Assembly: GCA_048635405.1 (NCBI GenBank)
Contig: JAIVYO010000001.1
Location: 1 to 30,893, forward strand
Reading direction: 5' to 3'
DNA: 30,893 nt
From: Campylobacterales bacterium
Lineage (GTDB): Archaea; EX4484-52; GLR71
Part shown: piece by piece, positions 24,046 through 30,893 of the stretch
Position numbering within the stretch: the first letter of the stretch is position 1
Layout of the letters: the number at the start of each line of letters is the position of its first letter
The notes under the pieces: generated by a model
Databases searched by the model: none
Told to the model about the DNA's origin: nothing
The model's input: the letters and a program-made list of their open reading frames with translations, nothing else
Translations under genes and position numbers: made by a program

Positions 24046-26112
24046 CTAAATGTTGTCAAGAATCTGCTTTATGTCGTCTTTCCTGTCTTCCCTGACCTTG
24101 TCTTTCTTCTTTGCGGGCACGGCTTTCTTTTTAGGAGCAGGTGTTACTTTTTTAGGTGCAGGCTTTGCTTTGGCAGGGGTTATTTTAGGCTTTTCTGCCT
24201 CTTTCTTCACTTCAGCCTTCTTCTCCGCGACAGGTTTAGGTTTTTCAGCTTCTTTTTTCGGTTCCTCTTTTTTCTCAGCAGTTTTTGGCTTCTCAGCGGC
24301 CTTTTTCTCCTCTTTAGCCTCTTCCTTTACTTCTTTTTCTTCCTTCTCATCATCTTTCAGAAGTTCAGGACCGAATATTATGAGGATTATTATTATTATG
24401 CCGATTATTATTGCTGTCAATATGTCTGTCGGGAACTTTTTTTCGTCCTCTTTCTCATCTATCTTATCGTCTACAGGCTGTTCATCAGCGATAACATCAC
24501 CTGTTATCGGAGCCACTATATCTTCAGATTTGAAAGAAAATTTCAGCTCTTTTTCTTCCGTATTGCCTGCATCTGACTCTATTGTCACCTTTATCGTGTA
24601 TGTGCCTTCAGCTGTAGTGTATTCTGGAGATGCATAGACAAAGATATCTGCTGTCTCTCCTGCCTTGACAGATACAGTTTCCGGGTTTACAGTGACCCAT
24701 CTTGGACCATCGACTGATGCTGTGTACTCTGCGTCGAACTCGCCGTCATTTTTTACAGTCAGCGTGTAGAGATAACCTTTGAAGTCTTCTGCGAATATCG
24801 TGTCTGAATCGCTTGATACGCTGATGCCGTAGCATGAGTTGAAATCTTGCATAGATACAGTGATATCCTCAGATGCCTCTGCACTTTCAGATTCTGCTGT
24901 TACGGTCATGACCATGTCTTCTGTGTCGCCCTGTTCTGTATTGACCAGAAGCAATACCTTTTCGCTCTCACCAGCATTCAGGGTCACACTTGTCTCTGAA
25001 AGAGAACCGTCGCTTGCAGATATCGTGTATGTGTCGGATTTCTTTCCGGTATTTGCGACATTTATCTTAAATGCTGCAGCCGCGCCCGGGCAGACATCTG
25101 CTTTATCTTTGTCTGCTGATAATTCAATATCATAGCATTGCTCAATGATTATCTTTCCGTATGCTTTGTCCTGAGCATCTGCGGACCTTATGGTTATGCT
25201 GTATTCTATCTCTCCTATCTCAGCATCGTCTGTGGATATCTCAAGATATGTCTCTGCAACCTCTTTGGATTCAAGCTCAATCTCATCATTCTTGAAATAT
25301 GCGTCTTTTGCATCTGTTGAAAGCTCAAAAGTGCCTGTCTTGTATCCTGTGTTCTTTGATGTTATGACAATCCTTGCAGTGTCGCCCTTGCATATGCCTA
25401 CTTCAGGCGGTATGTTGATAACAGCAATGCCGTAGCATGCCCCTTCTGAAACGACTTCTATCTCTGCGCTGCCGGATGCATATGATGTTGCTGACTGTGC
25501 CGTTATCGTGACAGTGTCTTCTCTTGAGGCGACAGGCACTGAAAGTTCTGCTGTCTTTTCTGCACCTGATGCTATTGTTATCCTGCTTACATCAAACTTT
25601 CCTGCTGATGCTGTCAGTATGAATGTCTCTTCTGTCTTTCCTGTGTTTGATAATGTGACTTCTACAGTCTCTGTGTCGCCTATGCATGATTCAACAAGAC
25701 CTGTCTCTGTTGTGATCTCTATTCCATGGCATTTCATGACAACAAAATCTATGCTGTCCTGATACTTGCCGGAATCTGATTCTGCTGTGATTGTTATTGA
25801 ATATTCCCCTGCTTCTGCGTCAATTCCCGGCTTTATCCAGATTGCGAATGTCTTGGTCTCGCCGCCTTCAAGCGTTATCACATCGTTTCCGATAGTAACC
25901 CAGCCGCTGTCAGAAGTAATGGTATATGTATCTGTATCAGAACCGAGATTTTTCAGCGTAGCTGTTATCATTGTGTCCTCTACAGGACATGATGCTACCG
26001 ATTGCGTGCTCAGCTGAAAATCAGCATTATATGACGCAGCCATAGCAGGCTGTGCCATGCTCAGCATTAATATCATGCTTAATGCGAAAATGACGTATTT
26101 TATTGTTTTCAT
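24046..26112 (-). CDS. Type I membrane surface protein with five Ig-like repeats and a Lys/Glu/Pro/Ala-rich cytoplasmic tail
   Basis: Signal peptide; about 95 aa repeats with N.G....TY.I/F.L motifs; Ile-rich TM; ATG 26112 follows GGTGGTGA. Confidence 0.82.
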   Translation of the reverse strand: MKTIKYVIFALSMILMLSMAQPAMAASYNADFQLSTQSVASCPVEDTMITATLKNLGSDTDTYTITSDSGWVTIGNDVITLEGGETKTFAIWIKPGIDAEAGEYSITITAESDSGKYQDSIDFVVMKCHGIEITTETGLVESCIGDTETVEVTLSNTGKTEETFILTASAGKFDVSRITIASGAEKTAELSVPVASREDTVTITAQSATSYASGSAEIEVVSEGACYGIAVINIPPEVGICKGDTARIVITSKNTGYKTGTFELSTDAKDAYFKNDEIELESKEVAETYLEISTDDAEIGEIEYSITIRSADAQDKAYGKIIIEQCYDIELSADKDKADVCPGAAAAFKINVANTGKKSDTYTISASDGSLSETSVTLNAGESEKVLLLVNTEQGDTEDMVMTVTAESESAEASEDITVSMQDFNSCYGISVSSDSDTIFAEDFKGYLYTLTVKNDGEFDAEYTASVDGPRWVTVNPETVSVKAGETADIFVYASPEYTTAEGTYTIKVTIESDAGNTEEKELKFSFKSEDIVAPITGDVIADEQPVDDKIDEKEDEKKFPTDILTAIIIGIIIIILIIFGPELLKDDEKEEKEVKEEAKEEKKAAEKPKTAEKKEEPKKEAEKPKPVAEKKAEVKKEAEKPKITPAKAKPAPKKVTPAPKKKAVPAKKKDKVREDRKDDIKQILDNI

Positions 26113-26189
26113 ATATTTCACCACCGAATAGAGTTAAAATGTATTTAATGTTTATAATTTTATAAATATTACTATTTTTTTTCATATTT

Positions 26190-27515
26190 TCAGACCACAA
26201 TATTGCTCCATGGCACAATATAGGCCGTTTCAGGCACTGTCTTTGCCACTTTCCCTAAGTTTCCTGTATCATGAACCCTTTTAAGCAGTGATGCTGTCGG
26301 CTTTTCCATATCTGAAAGCTCAAGAGGCCTTACAGTCTTTCTTGTTATCCTGTGCGCCATGCCCATCATAAGCACAATAGCAAATATGGCGAGCAACAGC
26401 ATTAACATGTCTGATGTAACAGGACTGAAAAACGGCTGTGCGGCAGTTTCTTTAAGCTGATCGTTCTCGCTGACAAAGACTGTTAGCGGTATCTCGCTTA
26501 TGATCCTTTCCTCATTCCTGACATAGATTATCCCATAGTATCTGCCCGGTTTTTCATCAACGCTGAAATACAGCGGCAGTATCTTTGTCTGCTCCGGCTT
26601 TATGATTTCCGGCTGAGGTATGAACACCATATCATTATCAAAATCAGTATCTACAGAAAACAGATGGCTTCTGTCCTCGTGGTTTGTTATGGTGACTCTC
26701 ACTATATTGCTCTCATACTGGTTCACATCTATCTCCTTGTTGCTTGCCTCGACAGTTATGTAGTTGATCTTCTCCTCTTCAGCTATCTCTTTGTCTTCTT
26801 CTGCCTCTATTATTGTAATTACAATATCTTTTTCAGGCTCTTGAGGCATTGTTTCAACAGGCTCCGGCACTTCTGCGATGTTGACTATCCTATGCTTCTT
26901 TGAGTCGCCGATTGATACTGTTATAACATGGTCTCCGGTCTTCTCTATCTTCACAAATGTTGAGTAGTATCCGTTGATGTCGGGGACGGTCGTCTTTTTC
27001 GCGATGCCGTCTATAAATATGCTTATTACCTCGTCAGTTGGATCCACATATCCGAATATCTGGATGTTTTCGTTCACTGTAGCGTCTTTAGGATATACAT
27101 TCATCGTTATGTCTATAACAGGCGTCTTTTCCTCTATATCAAACTTTTTTGTCATGCTGTCTTCTGCCTTTATAAGGCTTGTTCCCCTGTATATCCTTGC
27201 GACAATCTCTACTGTGTGCGTCCCTATATCCATGTCTTCAGTGTCATGGCTATATGTGTATGAATGTGTTCTTTCAGAATAATACCTTGTGATTTTCCTT
27301 TCAAGATAGCCGTCTATATAGAAACTTAAAGTGACCTTTGACTCGTCCTCAGGTGTCTCCACGTCAAAATCCACAGTCACCTGTGCAGTTTCACCTTCAT
27401 ATATCGTTTTGGGCGTTATGTCAATGTCTGATATGGATATGTCAGTGGCTGCATATGCTGTTCCTGATATGAGTGCCAGGAAGATTATTGCACTGATAAT
27501 GATTTTTCTTATCAT
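26190..27515 (-). CDS. Secreted, C-terminally anchored beta-rich (Ig/CARDB-like) protein
   Basis: Signal peptide ending AYA; SDIDITPKTIYEGETAQVTV; a C-terminal TM followed by a basic tail. Confidence 0.78.
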   Translation of the reverse strand: MIRKIIISAIIFLALISGTAYAATDISISDIDITPKTIYEGETAQVTVDFDVETPEDESKVTLSFYIDGYLERKITRYYSERTHSYTYSHDTEDMDIGTHTVEIVARIYRGTSLIKAEDSMTKKFDIEEKTPVIDITMNVYPKDATVNENIQIFGYVDPTDEVISIFIDGIAKKTTVPDINGYYSTFVKIEKTGDHVITVSIGDSKKHRIVNIAEVPEPVETMPQEPEKDIVITIIEAEEDKEIAEEEKINYITVEASNKEIDVNQYESNIVRVTITNHEDRSHLFSVDTDFDNDMVFIPQPEIIKPEQTKILPLYFSVDEKPGRYYGIIYVRNEERIISEIPLTVFVSENDQLKETAAQPFFSPVTSDMLMLLLAIFAIVLMMGMAHRITRKTVRPLELSDMEKPTASLLKRVHDTGNLGKVAKTVPETAYIVPWSNIVV

Positions 27516-27614
27516 TTTCACCACTTGTGAACTATATATAAGCTCTTAATTTTATAAAGCTTTCTATTTGTTATAACTTATTGATAACAATTAAATACGA
27601 ATATATCCGGGCAG

Positions 27615-30600
27615 TTATTTTGCCCTGTATCTTATAACAGTTGCCCTGATCGCTTCTTTCCTGAGATATACAGCTATTATTATCAATAGTATCAGGAAGT
27701 AAACTATCATATTGAAGCTTCCTTCTACCCATGTAAGAAGGCCTGTAGGACCCTGTACCGGTTCAGGCTCTCCCTTGTCTTCAATGTCTGCAATATATTC
27801 TCTGCTTATACTGTATTCGTATACAAGAACATCTTTTGAATATAATGTCTCGTCTCCCTGGACTATTGCGAAATTGTGCTTGCCTTCTTCAAGATCTACC
27901 TTGTATTCTATCAGGAAGCAGCCGTTCCCGTCAAGAGTCAGTGATTCTACAATACCAAAATCTATCATAAAGTCTATCGTGTCTGATTCAGGGTCTATGA
28001 GGCATCCTTTTATCGTGATTGTCTGGCCTATGTATGCAGTGTCAGGAAGGTCTATCTTTGATACATATATTGTTCCGTTGCCTAATGCATCGTCTGTCTC
28101 GTTCTCTATGATTGTGATTTCTACAGGTGGTGTGCCTCCACCGCCTCTGCTACTGCTTGTGCTGCCTCCGCAGTTGATATGGCATGTAGGGTCGTTTATG
28201 TCAAGAGGATTGGTGTTGTTTTCTATCTCCCAGCCGTCTGTGTACCCGTCCCCGTCCGTGTCCGGGTTGTTAGGGTCTGTGCCGTGAAGATATTCGTCTG
28301 CATTTGAAAGCCCGTCACTGTCAGCGTCAAGAGCGCCGTCTTTCGGGTCTGTAGGGTTAAGGCCGTTGTCAACTTCCCAGCCGTCAGGCATTGTGTCGTT
28401 GTCTGTGTCATTGCTGTTCGGGTCTGTCCCAAGCATGTATTCCTCATAGTTGTTCAGGCTGTCGCTGTCAGGGTCTTCAAGGTCGTCTGTTATGCTGTCA
28501 TTGTCAGAATCGTTGTTGTCCGGGTCAAGAAGGTTGCCTGTCTGGTTATAATGGTTTTCCCAGTCTGTAGGCAGCCTGTCGCCGTCAGGGTCGTTAGATT
28601 CTCCGTCCATGAGTGTTGTCGCACTTGCCTCTTCGCTTGCGTTGCCTTCATTGTATACATTGTCTACTGATTTCATGACAAAATAGTATGTCGTGTTTTC
28701 TGCAAGGCCTGTGATGTTTATCATGTTTGTGTCCGGCTCTGCTGCAACTGCCGGGCTGCCGAAATCATATACACCTTCAATTTCGCTTGAATATATGCTG
28801 TAGTATTTTACATCGTCCGATGCTGAAGATATCCAGCTCAGCCTTATAGTGTCGTCTGAAAGGGCTATGGCGACAATGCCTGTCGGCGGTTCCGGTGCTG
28901 TCTCATCATCAATGACTGTGTATTGCGCGCCCGTGTCTGTCGCTGTATTGCCTGAAAGGTCGCGTGCGATGACAGTCAGATTATGCGTGCCTAAAGTCTG
29001 GTTAGGTGATATGTCTCCTTCCCAGATATTTTCTGCTGTGTTTATAAGCTGAATTTCATCAGCGTAAATCTCGAGGATTCCTGAGTTGTCAGTCGCGTTG
29101 ACTGTGACATGTATCAACTGGGTCTTCTTGAATATGTCGTTGTTCAGGGTGACACTGTTGATGACAGGATCTTCCGTATCTGCTATGACATGCACATCAA
29201 AGCTTCCGCTTCCTATAATAAGACCTTCTGTGTCATAAGCATGTATAGATACGATGTAACCGCCTACTGTAATCGCTGTCACATTCCATCCTAATGTTTT
29301 TGTTTCATTGATTCCGAAGTCTCCCGGCGCCGTGTCATAAGCTATGTCAATGCCTGAAGAATAGACAAGCTTGATTTCCGGGCTTATCGCTGCAAGATCG
29401 CCCGTGTTTGTGATAGTGACTGTGCCTGTTGCTGTCTGGCCAATCAGGAGCGTCATATCATCTATCTCAAATGTGAGCTGGGGGCTGTGCGTCTCAGGTA
29501 CGTCAAGTATGTTGACATAGGCTGTGTCTGAAGCGTTGTTTGACTCGTTGTCCTCGACGAAGAGCGTGATTGCGTGAAGGCCCGGCATTGTGCCGTTTAC
29601 ATACCATGTAAGGTTCAATGGCTGTGTCCCGTTCACTGTAGGAGCTATTGAAGGTATGTTTTCTGTAATATCCCTTATTTCCGGATTACCTGTGAAGTTA
29701 AGGCCGTCTTCAAGAGTGATTGTCACATCTACATCATTGCTTGTCTCGTTGCCTGTGTTGTAGATTATTGCCCTTACTTCAAATGACCTGTAAAGTGAAA
29801 TCTCTGTAGGCGCTATGGCTGAGACGCTCAGGTCTATGCGTATCGGTGTTGAACGAATCTCTATCTCTTTTGTCTTTGTGATGCCGTTAACAGTCACGCT
29901 TATGATTCCTGTGCCTGCGCTTGTTCCTGTTATGGTGAATGTCTGCCATACAGCGTCCTGCTCTGTCGTGTTTGCCTCGATAAAGACATCGCTGACCGTA
30001 GTGTCACCTATTATATCTATGTATCCGTCTCCTGATATTGAGATGTCTGTTGATCCGTTCTCAGCTCCTGTGTTGTAGATGCCAACAAGGACATCTGTCG
30101 TGTCGCCTATGGTAAGGCTGTCCGGTGCAGCTATCCTGAAGTCGAATATAGGAGCTTTGTGGACTGTGATATCTACTGTTGCGTTCGCTGTCTTTGTGCC
30201 GTTGTAGAGCGTGTCTAATCCAATCTGGTAGTTGCCCCACATCGCAGCCTCAATATCCCATGTGAAAGTCTGCTCTGAAAGCGCAGGGATGTCTATGTTC
30301 TGTGTAAATGTGCCGTCGGGCTCAAGGCCTTCAGGAACTGAAATTGTAAGTGTGCCTATCGCGCTGCTTCCGCCGCTGTTCCTTAATGTGGCTGTTACTG
30401 TGAAATTGTTTCCCTGATCAAGCTCTATAGCTGATGTGGCTTCTATTGAAAGTATAGGGTTCGGGTTTATAGTTATGTTCGCTGTTGTTGTGTCGTATGA
30501 GGTCGCGCCCTGGTTGTCTGTTGCCGAGAAGATGACAGTGTATGTGCCGGTCTGTGTGTAAATATATGTCGGGTTCTGCTCTATGCTGTCTATTGCGCCG

Positions 30601-30893
30601 TCGTTGTCAAAATCCCAGGTGTAAGACTCTACTGTTCCGTCAACATCTGTCGCTGTTCCCAGGAACTGGACAGTCTCATTGACATATCCTGTGTAAGGCC
30701 CGTTCGCGTCTGCTGTGGGTGCATCATTTATTGAGATGACTGTGATTATGACTGTTGCAGTGTTGCTGTCAACTGTTCCGTCGCTGGCTTTGAATGTGAA
30801 TGAGTCAAGACCATTGAAGTTCATGTCAGGCGTGTATGTTGCGATGTTATTGCTTATGATAACAGTGCCGTCTGATGGGTCTGAAACTATGTA
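27615..30893 (-). CDS. Large surface/adhesin-like protein, 5'-partial (frame open to the window end)
   Basis: Cadherin/Big-like repeat (TYTPDMNFNGLDSFTF...NDAP), PKD (PTADANGPY...YTWDFDND), CARDB-like domains, FN3 (APEPPT...LSW), acidic Ca-binding repeats and a C-terminal TM. Confidence 0.88.
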   Translation of the reverse strand, partial: YIVSDPSDGTVIISNNIATYTPDMNFNGLDSFTFKASDGTVDSNTATVIITVISINDAPTADANGPYTGYVNETVQFLGTATDVDGTVESYTWDFDNDGAIDSIEQNPTYIYTQTGTYTVIFSATDNQGATSYDTTTANITINPNPILSIEATSAIELDQGNNFTVTATLRNSGGSSAIGTLTISVPEGLEPDGTFTQNIDIPALSEQTFTWDIEAAMWGNYQIGLDTLYNGTKTANATVDITVHKAPIFDFRIAAPDSLTIGDTTDVLVGIYNTGAENGSTDISISGDGYIDIIGDTTVSDVFIEANTTEQDAVWQTFTITGTSAGTGIISVTVNGITKTKEIEIRSTPIRIDLSVSAIAPTEISLYRSFEVRAIIYNTGNETSNDVDVTITLEDGLNFTGNPEIRDITENIPSIAPTVNGTQPLNLTWYVNGTMPGLHAITLFVEDNESNNASDTAYVNILDVPETHSPQLTFEIDDMTLLIGQTATGTVTITNTGDLAAISPEIKLVYSSGIDIAYDTAPGDFGINETKTLGWNVTAITVGGYIVSIHAYDTEGLIIGSGSFDVHVIADTEDPVINSVTLNNDIFKKTQLIHVTVNATDNSGILEIYADEIQLINTAENIWEGDISPNQTLGTHNLTVIARDLSGNTATDTGAQYTVIDDETAPEPPTGIVAIALSDDTIRLSWISSASDDVKYYSIYSSEIEGVYDFGSPAVAAEPDTNMINITGLAENTTYYFVMKSVDNVYNEGNASEEASATTLMDGESNDPDGDRLPTDWENHYNQTGNLLDPDNNDSDNDSITDDLEDPDSDSLNNYEEYMLGTDPNSNDTDNDTMPDGWEVDNGLNPTDPKDGALDADSDGLSNADEYLHGTDPNNPDTDGDGYTDGWEIENNTNPLDINDPTCHINCGGSTSSSRGGGGTPPVEITIIENETDDALGNGTIYVSKIDLPDTAYIGQTITIKGCLIDPESDTIDFMIDFGIVESLTLDGNGCFLIEYKVDLEEGKHNFAIVQGDETLYSKDVLVYEYSISREYIADIEDKGEPEPVQGPTGLLTWVEGSFNMIVYFLILLIIIAVYLRKEAIRATVIRYRAK
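28200..28600 (-). repeat. Thrombospondin-type-3-like Asp-rich calcium-binding repeats within the adhesin
   Basis: DSDSLNNYEEYMLGTDPNSNDTDND, DSDGLSNADEYLHGTDPNNPDTDGD and two D.WE...G/T.NP.D units. Boundaries are approximate. Confidence 0.75.

Noticed and set aside
24050-26017. Series of plus-strand Ser/Phe-rich ORFs (for example 24050..24637)
   Set aside because: They are antisense shadows of the Lys/Glu/Thr-rich surface protein. The same applies to most short overlapping ORFs in the track, such as 6568..7209, 16722..17258 and 27712..28287.
1-30893. CRISPR array, diversity-generating retroelement or IS element
   Set aside because: I saw no regularly spaced repeats, reverse transcriptase, adenine-specific template/variable repeat pair, transposase or terminal inverted repeats on manual reading.

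Overview
Archaeal chromosomal window, probably DPANN-like. This is an inference from the A/V-type ATPase, pelota, a PRC-barrel protein, GGTGA ribosome-binding sites and many orphan lipoproteins and surface proteins. The left third holds A/V-ATPase genes H-I-K-K-E in canonical order but separated by unrelated genes: a TopIB-fold enzyme, NAD kinase, GNAT, ROK kinase and orphans. The middle holds a divergent ferredoxin (missed by the ORF track), a class III RNR locus (nrdD, thioredoxin-like gene, nrdG), tRNA-Ser(GCT), a PRC-barrel protein, a Nudix hydrolase and pelota. The right 13.5 kb is almost all membrane or surface proteins, including four tandem paralogous lipoproteins and three Ig-like or adhesin-like proteins. 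Main oddities: (1) NrdD lacks its glycyl-radical tail, a TGA sits exactly at the radical-Gly position, and the frame then stays open into the thioredoxin; (2) two single-hairpin c subunits, one with Glu and one with Gln, are separated by a single in-frame TAG; (3) a TopIB-like protein carries a tyrosine-recombinase-type HxxR motif; (4) two orphan gene tails form degenerate direct repeats around single genes; (5) there is a probable chimeric junction near position 430. No CRISPR array, transposase, reverse transcriptase or rRNA was seen. All assignments come from motif reading only; no database searches were run.
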